NCBI RefSeq assembly: GCF_009914755.1 | Contig: NC_060926.1 | Source of the DNA: the human T2T-CHM13v2.0 reference genome, Homo sapiens | DNA length: 64,000 bases | Reading direction: 5' to 3' (one strand) | Part shown: one piece after another, positions 1 through 17,439 of the stretch | Numbering within the stretch: the first letter of the stretch is position 1 | How the letters are laid out: the number at the start of each line of letters is the position of its first letter | Position numbers and translations under genes: made by a program | The notes under the pieces: model-generated | What the model was told of the DNA's origin: nothing | Databases searched by the model: none | What the model saw: only the letters and a program-made list of their open reading frames with translations

Positions 1-1329
1 ATTTGTTATACATTCACCATGGTAATTATATTTGCAAAAGTCAGATATTTTGGTTGAATGATAAATGGCAAGTTGATTCATCAAAAATTAAGTGAAAGCA
101 AGCATTTAAAACTATGTGTTTCTACTGAAAAGGTAAAATACATTATCATACTGATGCATTCTAGCCTTGTCTCTAAATCTGTCATGCAAACCAAAGGTTG
201 CATCATTTAAAATTAATGTTCATTCCTGATATCTCTTAAAATGGAGATTTTTTCCAGACATGGACAATATTAATATATTTAAGTAGTAATTTTTATTCCT
301 GAAAACTAAAGAAAGATCTCTCCTGCTCTTCCCACCCTCCCCACCCCCTGCCATGTCTCCCCTACAGATTCTGCCTACTGCATACAAGGTGCTCAGTCTT
401 TCAAATGAGCATGATCCTGCCCACACATGCATGTCCACACATCCTCACTCCTTGGTGTGGTATTTCTTGCTTTCCATACTCATTAATAATAAGTTCCATC
501 AGAATATTGATGTGGGCAAGGGAGTGAAGAAACTATCATACTTTCAATATACTCATGGCACCATCTTGTGGTAATTCTGTGGTATCGCGTTTTCAAGTTT
601 AATTTTTAAAGTTCTTCAAAAATTTCTGGGAAAACATATTTGAGGATAAATTTAACATTTTAAATATGCATGAGATGCAATGTGATAAATCTGGCCTATG
701 TATTTAAAACCCTACACACATATTTTAAGAGTTATAATACCTATCATTAATGTCCTGACCCCAGAAGCCATTTAATACCAATAACTGTTTCTTGAATGTA
801 GAATAGGAATGAAATTAAGAAATCTTTAAGGGAGACGGGGAAAACAATAACAGAGGATCCTGGGGGCGTCAAAGAACAGTACAGACTATAGCAGCAAGAA
901 AAAAATAAAATTATGTATAACACTCCAACTGACAACCCATTTTCCAATCCTGCTGTCCATTCCCACATCCAAACTACTACTCCACTTCCTGCTGCAAAAT
1001 ACCCAGGTTTTATTACCCTTATCTTCTCCCCCATCCAAAATGTCCTGACTTTAAAATCTCCTCAAGCTCATTTTAAAATCTCTTTTTTTAATTTATTTAC
1101 TAATTGAATTTTAGTTTCTTTTTATTATTATACTTTAAGTTCTAGGGCACATGTGCACAACATGCAGGTTTCTTACATATGTATACATGTGCCATGTTCG
1201 TGTGCTGCACCCATTAACTCGTCATTTACATTAGGTATATCTCCTAATGTTATCCCTCCCCCTCTCCCCACCCCACGACAGGCCCCGGTGTGTGATGTTC
1301 CCCTTCCTGTGTCCAAGTGTTCTCATTGT

Positions 1330-5166
<3,837 letters not shown>

Positions 5167-5261
5167 TTATTTTGCTCATTAGTTGATGCAGTTTCTTCCC
5201 AGCCTCAATGGTCTTTACAATTTGGCATGTTTTTGCAGTTTCTTCCTAGCCTCAATGGTCT

Positions 5262-6261
5262 TTACAATTTGGCATGTTTTTGCAGTGGCTGGTACCAGTT
5301 GTTCCTTTCCATGTTTAGTGCTTCCTTCAGGAGCTCTTTTAGGGCAGGCCTGGTGGTGACCAAATCTCTCAGCATTTGCTTGTCTGTAAAGGATTTTATT
5401 TCTCCTTCACTTATGAAGCTTAGTTTGGCTGGATATGAAATTCTGGGTTGAAAATTCTTTTCTTTAAGAATGTCAAATATTGGCACCCACTCTCTTCTGG
5501 CTTGTAGAGTTTCTGCCGAGAGATCCGCTGTTAGTCTGATGGGCTTCCTTTGTGGGTAACCCGACCTTTCTCTCTGGCTGCCCTTAACATTTTTTCCTTC
5601 ATTTCAACTTTGGTGAATGTGACAATTATGTGTCTTGGAGTTGCTCTTCTCAAGGAGTATCTTTGTGGCATTCTCTGTATTTCCTGAATTTGAATGTTGG
5701 CCTGCCTTGCTAGGTTGGGGAAGTTCTCCTGGATAATATCCTGAAGAGTGTTTTCCAACTTGCTTCCATTCTCCCCATCACTTTCAGGTACACCAATCAA
5801 ACGTAGATTTGGTCTTTTCACCTAGTCCCATATACCTTCGAGGCTTTGTTTGTTTCTTTTTACTCTTTTTTCTCTACACTTCTCACTTCATTTCATTCAT
5901 TTGATCTTCAATGACTGATACCCTTTCTTCCAGTTGATCGAATCGGCTAGTGAGGCTTGTGCAGTTCTCATGCCATGGTTTTCAGCTCCATCAGGTCATT
6001 TAAGGACTTCTCTACACTGGTTATTCTAGTTAGCCATTTGTGTAATCTTTTTTCAAGGTTTTTAGCTTCTTTACAATGGGTTTGAACTTTCTCCTTTAGC
6101 TCCGAGAAGTTTGACCACCTGAAGCCTTTTTCTCTCAACTCATCAACGTCATTCTCTGTCCAGCTTTGTTCTGTTGCTGGCAAGGAGCTGTGTTCCTTTG
6201 GAGGGGGAGAGGTGCTCTGATTTTTAGAATTTTCAGCTTTTCTGCTCTGTTTTATCCCCAT
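5262..6261 (-). pseudogene. L1 ORF1p, broken into three fragments
   Basis: MGIKQSRKAENSKNQS... (5968-6261), KRPNLRLIGVPESDGENG (5531-5821), ...NNWYQPLQKHAKL* (5262-5486). Confidence 0.95.
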
Positions 6262-6835
6262 CTTTGTGGTTTTATCTACCTTTGGTCTTTGATGATGGTG
6301 ACGTACAGATGGGGTTTTGGTGTGGATGTCCTTTCTGTTTGTTAGTTTTCCTTCTAACAGTCAGGACCCTCAGCTGCAGGTCTGTTGGAGTTTGCTGGAG
6401 GTCCACTCCAGACCCTGTTTGCCTGGGTATCAGCAGCGGAGGCTGCAGAACAGTGAATACTGCTGAACAGCAAATGTTGCTGCCTGATCGTTCCTCTGGA
6501 AGCTTTGTCTCAGAGGGGTACCCAGCTGTGTGAGGTGTCAGTCTGCCCCTACTGGGGGGTGCCTCCCAGTTAGGCTACTCGGGGTCAGGGACCCACTTGA
6601 GGAGGCAGTCTGCCCGTTCTCAGGTCTCAAACTCCATGCTGGGAGAACCACTAGTCTCTTCAAAGCTGTCAGACAGGGACATTTAAGTCTGCAGAGGTTT
6701 CTGCTGCCTTTTGTTTGGCTATGCCCTGCCCCCAGAGGTGGAGTCTACAGAGGCATGCAGGCCTCCTTGAACTGCAGCGGGCTCCACCCAGTTCAAGCTT
6801 CCTGGCCACTTTGTTTACCTACTTAAGCCTCAGCA

Positions 6836-7357
6836 TTGGAAGGCGCCCCTCCCCCAGTCTTGCTGCCACCTTGCAGTTTGATCTCAGACTGCTGTGCTAG
6901 CAATGAGCGAGGCTCCGTGGGCGTGGGACCCTCCAAGCCAGGTGCGGGATATAATCTCCTGGTGTGCCGTTTGCTAAGACTGTTGGAAAAGCACAGTATT
7001 AGGGTGGGAGTGACCCAATTTTCCAGGTGCCATCTGTCACAGTTTCCCTTGGCTAGGAAAGGGAATTCCCTGACCCCTTGTGCTTCCCAGGTGAGGCGAT
7101 GCCTCACCCTGCTTTGGCTCACGCTCGGTGGGCTGCACTCACTGTCCCGCACCCACTGTCCAACAAGCCCCAGTGAGATTAACCCCGTACCTCAGTTGGA
7201 AATGCAGAAATCACCCATCTTCTGCATCACTCACGCTGGGAGCTGTAGAGTGGAGCTGTTCCTATTTGGCCATCTTGCTAGTTTAAAATTTCTAAGGCCA
7301 AATAAAAGATGCCACTTCTTGAATCACAAGGCAGGGTCTATTTTTCCACCCCTCTAA
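6836..7357 (+). other. L1 ORF0-homologous antisense frame; ATG replaced by TTG
   Basis: Translation GAPPPVLLPPCSLISDCCASNERGSVGVGPS matches recalled ORF0; the start site reads gcaTTGgaa at 6836. Confidence 0.8.
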
Positions 7358-8100
7358 TTTGAGCTGGCATTGTGTCTTAGGCCATTCCTGCTGCTATAAC
7401 AGAATACCACAGACTGAGGTGATTTTTAAATAATAGAAATTTATTTCTCACAGTTATGAAGGCTAAGAAGTCCAAGATCAAGGTATCAGCAGATTTGGTG
7501 ACTGGTAAGTGCTTGCTCTCTCCTTCCAAGATGACGCCTTGTTGCTGCATCCTCCAGAGGAAACCAACACTGTGTCCTCAACTTGGTCAAAAAGCAGAAG
7601 GAGCAGGCAGATCTTGAAGCCTCTTTTATAAGAGCACTAATCCCATTCATAATAGTGGCACCCTCATGGCCTAATCACCTCTCAAAGGCACCACCTCTTA
7701 ATACTGTCACGTTGGGGTTTAAGTTCTAATGTATGAATTTTAGAGAGACACAAACATTCAAACCATAGCACCTTGTGACTAGCTCTGACCAAAAGAATGC
7801 AGTAAGTTGCAGCTTCTGTTCTTGCTGTCTTGCAACACTGCTCTGTGACTGCTAGGTAACAAAGCCTGGTCTAATCTCCTTGAAGAGGGGTCTACTGGTA
7901 AGAATTATCCAGCCTACAGCCAGCAGCAACTGCCACATGCATGTGTGAAGCCATCTAAAACCATCTAAGACAGTTACTCTGTAGCAGCCTGCAGCTCCAC
8001 GGGTGTGCACCAATGAGTCCGGCACAAGAACCACCTAGCTGAGCCCAGCCCACATTTCTGACCCACAGAATCATAATTAAAAAAACATTGTTTTAAAATT
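7310..8100. mobile_element. MLT1 (G/H-like) MaLR LTR interrupted by an MST LTR
   Basis: gggtctatttttccacccctct...gagctggc continues as tgactagctctgaccaaaagaatg after 7775; ends ...agaaccacctagctgagcccagccc...cccacagaatc. Confidence 0.6.
7373..7770 (-). mobile_element. MST-family MaLR solo LTR
   Basis: TG...CA termini (tgtcttaggccattcctgctgctataac ... aaccatagca); 5-bp TSD cattg/ccttg. Confidence 0.85.
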
Positions 8101-9228
8101 TTTTCTGAAAGCTTCTGCCGACCTTTCCAAACTTCTCTTGTGTTTCCTTCTATTAATAATTGTCTTACTCAGTTTCAGCCACATCTCAGCTTTTTAGACA
8201 CACCAAGCTTTTCCTCAAGTTGAGATTTTGAGCATTCTCTTCATTCCCTTTGGATCACTTTTCTCCATTCTCTTTGCTTGACTAACTTTTTTTTAGTCTT
8301 AAAATTTTAATATTAAATGAGAATGGATAGCAGAGAGCAGGATGTCAGTCACTAGCTATATTAGTTCTACATAGAGAACTAATATGGTCAGTTTTATCTG
8401 GACTTGGGAAGCTGTGGATGGGTCATGGAAAATAAGCTCTGCAATTGTGTGGTACCCTGGGGAAGCAATACCTAAGTGAGATGTCTGGAATTGATGCAGA
8501 GGCTCCTAGTTAACATAAACCAGAATGACAGAGAGAACTCAGGACAACTTAGCTCTGAATTCCAGCAGCTGCCTGTGACTTTCTTATCTATGTCTTTGCA
8601 GCTGTTTTTCCTGTACCTCTGTTCCCATAGGACCAGAAAACCCTTTTTCCTGTTCTGATTCCTTTCTACCTTTGCAAAGGGATCTTCCTCTTTTCCCCCA
8701 AATCATACTTCACTCCAATAATAAGAAACTATTTATAGTTTGTTCCTACATGCATCTGCATTGCCATTGCCTATACCTGGAATGTTTTTTCTTGAATAAT
8801 TTGAAACTCATCTTTGAGTACTCATCTCAAAGATCACCTCCTCTGAGAAGCCTTCCTTGACCTCCATAAAGTTAATCATTCCTTTTTCTGTGCCACATCT
8901 ACGTTACATGTAGATCTGTCATTGTTCTTAGCATACCATATTGCAATTCACTTATTTAAATATTTATTTTCTCTTGATACTTAAGACATTGTTCTGTTAA
9001 TCTCTGTAAAATAGGAACTTGGTAATATTTAAAATAAGAAAAATCCCCAAGGGTTCTGTTTCCTATTATCTCTAATTATGCTACTAGAAAACTGGGGGGT
9101 TTAGGTGGTCATCATTATTATAAATTTTAACTGAAATTTTTATCAAGATAATCAGAGATTCACATGCAGTTGTAAGAAATTATGGAGTTTTCTTGAACAC
9201 CTTGCCCAGCTTCTACCCATAGTAAAAA

Positions 9229-9296
9229 TTTTTTTTTTTTTTTTTGAGACGGAGTCTCACTCTGTCACCCAGGCTGGAGTGCAGTGGCGTGATCTC
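9229..9296 (-). mobile_element. Severely 5'-truncated Alu (~51 bp body plus tail)
   Basis: Poly-T then gagacggagtctcactctgtcacccaggctggagtgcagtggcgtgatctc; flanked by aaaatttttt on both sides. Confidence 0.9.
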
Positions 9297-9395
9297 AAAA
9301 TTTTTTAAAGCTATAGAATAATAGTGTAATCAGGATATTGACATTGATCTGATGTACAAAGCTTATTCAGATTTCTCCAGTATTACCTGGATTCC

Positions 9396-9404
9396 TGTGT
9401 GCGC

Positions 9405-9442
<38 letters not shown>
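9396..9442 (+). repeat. (TG)n microsatellite with a short GC-alternating insert
   Basis: tgtgtgcgcgcgtgtgtg... uninterrupted purine/pyrimidine alternation. Confidence 0.95.
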
Positions 9443-9445
<3 letters not shown>

Positions 9446-9755
9446 ACCTGTGTAGATTCATGTATCCCCCACCAGGGATCTCTCATGTTGCAGTTTTGTA
9501 CCCATATCTACTTCCTTCTTGAAACTCACCCCTATCCCTTACCAACCACTAATTTGTCCTCTACTTCTACAATTTTGCTATTTCAGAAATGTTGTATAAA
9601 TGGAATTCATACAGTATGTTACTTTGGGGATTGGCTTTTTCCACTCAGTATAATTCCCTGAAGATCCATCCAAGTTGTTGCATGTATCAAGGGTTCATTC
9701 CTTTTTATTGTTGAGTAGTATTCCTTAGTACAGATGTACCACAATTTAACAAGTC

Positions 9756-10040
9756 ACCCCCAAAAGATATGCATGTCAAATCCTTGGAACCCGTGAGTGC
9801 TATCTTTTTTACAAAAAGGCTCATTGCAGATGTGATTGCTAGGAATCTTGAGATGAGGAAACAATCCAGGATTATACAGGTGAGCTCTAAACCCAGCGGC
9901 AAGCATCCTTATGAGATGAGGAGAAAGGAGATCTGAAGAAAAGACATAGACACACAGAGCAGAAGATGTTGTGAAAACACAAGCAGAGACTGGAGTGATG
10001 CAGCCACAGGCCCAGGAATTCTAGGGCAGCCACCAGAAGT
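9756..10040 (+). mobile_element. MLT1C/D-like LTR fragment
   Basis: ccccaaaagatatgc...ttgcagatgtgatt...ggagtgatgcagccacag...gcagccaccagaag. Confidence 0.7.
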
Positions 10041-10769
10041 TTTAAATTTTTATGTTTTTTACATTTAAATCTATAATTCACTTTGAGTTAATATTTTTAT
10101 ATGGTGTCAGAATTTAGGCCTAAGTTTATTTGTTTTGTTGCCTATAGCTGTTCAATTACTCCAGGACCATTTGTTGAAAAGGTATTCTTTCTCCATTGAC
10201 TTGCTTTTGTACCTTTATCAAAAAATCAATTGAGTATGTGTGTGTGGATCTATGTCTGGGTTCTCTAGTCTTTTTCATCTCTCTCTCTCTCTCTCCAATA
10301 AAACCACTGTCTTGATTACTTTAACATATAGTAAGCCTCAATATTGGGTAGAGAGATCCCTCCTTTTTTCTTCTTTGTCAAGTTTTAGCTAGTAGCTAAA
10401 CTAGCTAAAAGGTCTGTGCTTTTTCATATAAATGTTAGCATAATCTTGTCTATGTCTACAAAAAGAACTTGCTGGGATTTTGATAGAAATTGCATGAAAA
10501 TTATAGATCAGTTTAAGGAGAACTGGCATCTTAATCTTGTTGAGTTTTCTAATCCTGATTTCTAAACACGTGGTATGTCTCTCCATTTATTTAGGTCTTC
10601 CATTTCTTTTCTCAGCATTTTGTAATTTTCAGCATACAGATCCTACACATGTTTTTTAAAGTATATAAGTATTTCATTTTATTAGGAAGTGATTATAAAT
10701 GGTATTTGCATTTTAAAATTTTGATTTCCATATGTTCATTTTTAGTATATAAATATAATATGCAATTGA

Positions 10770-11102
<333 letters not shown>

Positions 11103-11365
11103 TAGAACTTCCAGCACCATTTTGAATAAGAGAATTGAGAGTGGACATCCTTCCCCTGCTCTTGGTCTTAGGAGAAAAACATTCGGTCTTTCACCATTAA
11201 GTATGATGTTACCTGTAGGCTTTGTTTAGATGCTTCTTTAAATCAAGGTAGTTTCCCTCTATTCCTAGCTTGCTGAAAATGTGTGTTGGGTTTTCTCAAA
11301 TGTTTTTACTGCATTAATGGATGTGATCATGTGACTTCTCTTCTTTAGCTTGTTGATATGGTAGA

Positions 11366-11673
<308 letters not shown>

Positions 11674-12086
11674 GTGGTAGATTATTAATTTTTAAATGGT
11701 AAGCCAGTTTTGCATACCTGGAATAAATCCCACTTAGTTATGGTATATAATTCTTTTCATACATTGCTGGATTCAATTTGCTCACATTTTGTTGATAATT
11801 TTTTACTCTAAGTTTATGAGATACTATTCTGTAGGGTTTCTAAAAATAATGTGTTGTCTGATTTGGGTATTAGGATAATACTAGCCTCATAAAATAAGTT
11901 GGGCAGTGTTTCCTCTTCTTCTATTTTCTGAAAGCAACTGTATAAAATTGGTGTCAGTTTAAAAAATCCTTGGTAGAATTCTCCACTGAAACCATATGAA
12001 TCCAGAAATTTGTTTTTCAAGTGCTTTGTAATGATAAATTCAGCTTATTTGATGGCTATAGGCCTATTCAGATTGTCTACTTTTAA

Positions 12087-12387
<301 letters not shown>

Positions 12388-13973
12388 CAGATAGTCTATT
12401 TTTATTTTAGTTGAATTTTAGTTATTTATGGTTTCTGAAGGACTGGTTCATCCTTCTCACTTGTCAAATTTATAAACACAAGTTTTTAGTATTTGCTTAT
12501 TATATTTTTAATTGCTGCAAGTTGTGTCATAATATCATGTATCTCATTGGTATCTTCTTCTTTCTTCTTGTACTCATCAGTCTTGCTAAAAGCTTACAAA
12601 TTTCATTGATTTTTCTTTCTTAAAGAATAAGCTTTTTGTTTTATGGACTTTTCCTCTATTGCTTTCCTATTTTCAACTTCACAGATTGTTGGTTTAGGTC
12701 TTTATTACTTTCTTCCTTCCATTTGCTTGTGGTTTGGTTTATCTATTCTTTTCTAGCTTCTTGGTCGGGAAATTACTTATTTGAGAACTTTGTTTCATTT
12801 CAAATATAAGCATTTAAGGCTATAAATTTCCAGCTCAGCACTGCTTTAGCTTCATCCCACATATTTTACTATGTTGTGCTTTAATTTTCATCTAGTTTTT
12901 CCTTTGAGACTTCTTCTTTGATTCATAGATTATTTAAGAGATATATTGTTTAATTTTCCTGTTGTTTTTCTACTACTAATTTCTACTTGATTTCATTATG
13001 GTCAGAGAAAATATTGTATATGATTACAGTTCCTTCAAACGCATTAAGGTTTGTGTTATGGTCCAATATATGGTCTACCTTTGTGAATAGCTGTATAGGC
13101 ACTTGGAAAAAATAGTGTTATACTGTTATTGAGTAGAGGTCTATATAAATTAATTAGATCCTTTTAGTTGATTATATTGTTCAGATCCTCTATATTCTTG
13201 CTTATTTTGTTTAATAATCCTATCAGTTGCTGAGAGTAGGTCCCCAACTGCAATTGTAAATTTATCCATTTCTTTTTTCTGCTCTATCAGTTTTTGCTTC
13301 ATGTATTTTGAGGCTCTGTTGTCTGGTGCATGAACATTTAGGATCATTAGGTCTTCCTGGTGAGTTGAATATCTTATCAGTACATAATGTCTTACTCTGT
13401 CCCTAGTAAATTTCTTTACTCCCTACTTCATCAGATATTAATATAGCTACCCCTGCCTTTATTTTTTAAATTACTGTTTGCATGATATATTCTTTTCCAT
13501 CCTTTTACTTTCAACATACCTCTTATTGATTTTGAAGTGAGTTTCTTGTAAGCAGCATATAGTTGGGTTTTTTTTTAATGCATTTTTTCTTTTGATTGGC
13601 TTATTTAGGCTATTTACACTTAAAGTAATTATTGATGTTAGCCTTTAAGTTTGACATTTTATTATTTGCTTTCTGTTTTTTCCTTTGCTTCTTGGTCCTC
13701 TGTTTCTCTCTTCTTTCTGTCCTGTGGTTTACTTGAACACTTTTTAGGACTCCATCTTTATTTATTTATATTTTGGTTGTATCTCTTTGTATAGTTTTCA
13801 TAGTGGTTGCCATTAATATTATAATGATATACACATGTGACTTATGGCAGACAATTTATTGGTATCAGCATTTAACTTTCCTACTTTCAAATATCACTGT
13901 TTTTAGCGTCAGATGATTATATTTTGTTTCAGTCATCAAATATGATTTACAAAACTCATGAAGAAAATGATAA

Positions 13974-14340
13974 TGTAAAGATTAATTTTATGTGTCAACT
14001 TGACTGGGTCACTGGATGTTCAGATATTTGGTTACACATTATTCTGCGTATTTCTTCCTGCCTCACTGCCTTCCACCTGTGACATTAGTTTCTTTTCCTG
14101 CCTTCAGACTCAAATTGAAACATCAGCTCCTCTTGGGTCTTGAGCCAGCCAGTCCTCAGACTAGAACTATACCATCAATTCTTCTGAATCTCATGTTTTT
14201 TGGACTTATGCTGGAATAACACCATTGGCTGTCCTGGGTCTTCAGATTTCCTACAGATCTTGAAAATTGGAGGCCTCCATAATTGTGTGAGCTAATTCCT
14301 TTCTCCTACTGGTTCTGCTTCTCTGGAGAACCCTACTACA
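13974..14340 (+). mobile_element. MLT2 (ERVL) solo LTR
   Basis: tgtaaagattaattttatgtgtcaacttgactggg ... ctactggttctgcttctctggagaaccctactaca. Confidence 0.8.
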
Positions 14341-15213
14341 GGTAGTTTATTATGTACCATATTTCTATTCTTTCCATTGTTCTTTCTTCTTTCCTTCTCA
14401 AAGCTCCAAGATTCATTTTCATTTCCTTTCTAGTTGAAAATTTTCCTTTAGCCAATATTTAAGTATAAACCTGCTAATGATAATTTATGCTGCCTAGTAC
14501 AAACTCCAACTCATGTGATGATAGATATTTAATTTCAGGCAGTATGGAGTGACTTTCCCCAGAGCTGCATCCAGATTTGGGGTGGGTTGAGGAGGGTACT
14601 TATGGGCTTACATGGTTCCAGGGCTCAGGTAGCAGTGTTTATGGCCTGGCTGTCACTTCTGCACATGGACATCTGCTGAGGCATGTTTATTTCTGTCTGA
14701 TATTTAGTCATTAGTTCATGCAGGAACTGTGAGGTATTTCTTTGCTGTGGTACATGTAAAATATTGTCCTGCCACTGTCCCAGTCTAACAGAAAAGACTA
14801 TGTCCCTGTGGTTCCCAGGTTCAACCAGCAGCTTCTGTACTCCCTAAGCCCATAAGAAATTATGAGACAGCCTCAGGTCCATCTGCCCACCCTTGCTAGG
14901 GGCCAGGAACACCAGGATCTTACTGCCTTTGTGGACCCTGTGAGACAAAGAAACTCACAACTACTTTTTCCTTTCTGGAAGCCAAGACCCATCTGCGGTT
15001 TCTGTTATTTCCACTTACCCCTTGGAACTGGATGGGGAAAGCATTAGGGATCTTTTATATGCAAACTAAGTTACCTCAGCTCTTTTTGCTTCCCCTTTGA
15101 GTCTCTCTTTCACCGCCCAGAGTATTCATAAAACATTTGGCTAGGGAGACACTGCTGGGAAAAGGATTTTGCTGCTACTTATCACAAGTCCCTTGCTCAC
15201 TTTGGTACATTGA

Positions 15214-15214
<1 letters not shown>

Positions 15215-15256
<42 letters not shown>
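15215..15256 (+). repeat. (CA)21 microsatellite
   Basis: Perfect CA run. Confidence 0.97.
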
Positions 15257-15257
<1 letters not shown>

Positions 15258-15568
15258 CAGACTGGTTTCAGGTACACTCTAAGAATCTTCCTGTTGTTCT
15301 AAAGCTCAGATCTAAAAGTTCTGTAAATACCCTGAATACTAAATTTGGCAGAAGAACTTCCAGTGGTTAGGGGTCAGCCACCTTTTATTACTAGAAACAA
15401 GTCTCAACCATCACCCTGTGGACCCAATTCCCATCGATGCCAACTCCAACACTACAAAACCGACCCAGAAGAGGGGAAGTCACCTCTTAAATTAACAGTT
15501 CTTGGGAAGAACATCTACTACCACATATTTTTCTCTGTGGGCATGAAATGGGCTTCGATTTTCTTCCC

Positions 15569-16006
15569 TGTGTTTGTTCTCTGGGGCTGTTGTAACAAAG
15601 TACTATAAACTAGTGGCTTACACTACAGAAATTTATCATCTTATAGTTCTAGAGGCTAGAAGTATAAAAAATCAATGTGTTACTTGGGTTGGTTCCTTCT
15701 GAGGGCTGTGAGGGAAGGATCTATTCTAGGGCTCTCTCCTTGGCTTGTAGATGGCTGTCTTCTCCCTGTATCTCTTCTCACATCATCTTCCCTCTCTGTG
15801 CATATCTGTCTCTGTGTCCGAATTTCCGTTTTTTTGTAAGGTTATCAGTCATATTGGATTACAGCCCATCCTAATGACTTCATTTTAACTTAATTACCTC
15901 TGTAAAGACCCTAGCTCTAAATAAGGTCATATTCTGAGGTACTGGGGGTTAGAATTCCAATATATTTTTTTGTGTGTGTGTGAAGAAACACAATTCAACC
16001 CACAAT
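15569..16006 (-). mobile_element. MLT1B/C-like MaLR LTR
   Basis: ggggctgttgtaacaaagtactataaactagtggc...aaataaggtcatattctgaggtactggggg...caattcaacccac. Confidence 0.8.
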
Positions 16007-17146
16007 ATTCTCTGAAGCCAAGTGATGGGCAAAAAAGGAAGACTGGCATTTTGTTTCTTATTTAGGCGCTTGCTTTGTCAGTGGGCTTGCCAGCCTCCCC
16101 TGTGTTACCTGAGCAGGAAAGAAAAGCCCCCCGCAGTCCACTCCACCTGTACTTGCCTGGGCCCCAGCAGTTCCAGGTTTTCAAGAGGAATGTTCATTCT
16201 CAGATGGATTCTGACCTCAATCCCCCAGCATTGAGGCATATGAGAACAGACGACACAATCTTGCCAGGACTAACACAGTGTGGAAGAAAGAGGCACATAC
16301 AGTCAAGGAATGAAGGCTTCTGCTAACAACTATGAGTAAGCTGGAAGATGCAGCTATCTCACAAGGGACTCTCAATGCCTAAGGGACCATCTGGGGGATC
16401 CCTTCATCCACAGGGTCTGTTAAGACGATGTATGTCCCACAGAGACAGCCAAAATAGTAGTCATCAATTAAGAACAGCATTGCCACCTTGCAGAGGCTGT
16501 AAGGTAAGGTAAACCTCCGCCTTTCTATCCTTCTATGGTTTCCCACCACTAGGCTGAAGAGCAGGCTGAGGCAGGGGGAGGGTAGAAGCTCATGTGCCCA
16601 GCCCTCCACTCTAAGTTCTAGAGTCCATCTAGACAAATCTTAATTTGGCAATAAAATGATGTTTTTATAAATAGAACCGAATCTTCTAAATCAAAGAATC
16701 TTTCTGAATACACAAAAGTGAGAAGTTATGAGTTGAGAGAGTGTTAAGAGAGTTGCTACCCAGCAGGAAACACAAATTTGATAGATCAAAAGTGAGGAAA
16801 GTGACCAAAAAAAATGAAATGATGTCAGGCTTGAACCTCATTCAGTGGAGACTCTAAACAGTAGATAGTGTACGCATGCACACATGATAGCACTAGGTAT
16901 ATTCCGCTTTAGTTCCTGCTGTTTCACTTAGCATTATATCCTGGACAATTTCCTCTATCATGAGATATTCTTCAGAAATATAATTTTTAATGACTATGGT
17001 ATTTATAGACATTTACACCATAACAGATGTAATTCAAACTTTTACTCAGGCTATGTGTGCTCTAACTTAGGTATCAGTTTTGAACCTAACACTAAATATA
17101 TATATAATATTATTAATAATATAATATTATATATTTTATATATATA

Positions 17147-17439
17147 TTTTGCTTTTTGAGATGGAGTCTCGCTCTATTGCTCAGGCTGGAGCACAGTGGC
17201 GTGATCTCAGCTCAATGCAACCTCTACCTCCTGGGTTCAAGTGATTTTCCTGCCTCAGACTCCTGAGTAGCTGGGATTACAGGTGTGTGCCACCACACCT
17301 GACTAAATTTTGTAATTTTAGTAGATACAGGGTTTCACCATGTTGCCCAGGAGGGTCTTGAACTCCTGACCTCAAGCGATCTGCCTGCCTTGGCCTCCCA
17401 AAGTGCTGGGATTACAGGCGTGAGCCACTGCGCCCGGCC
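17147..17439 (-). mobile_element. AluS with AT-rich decayed tail
   Basis: Full Alu; TSD-like taacactaaatatat (17087) / taacattaactatat (17441). Confidence 0.9.
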
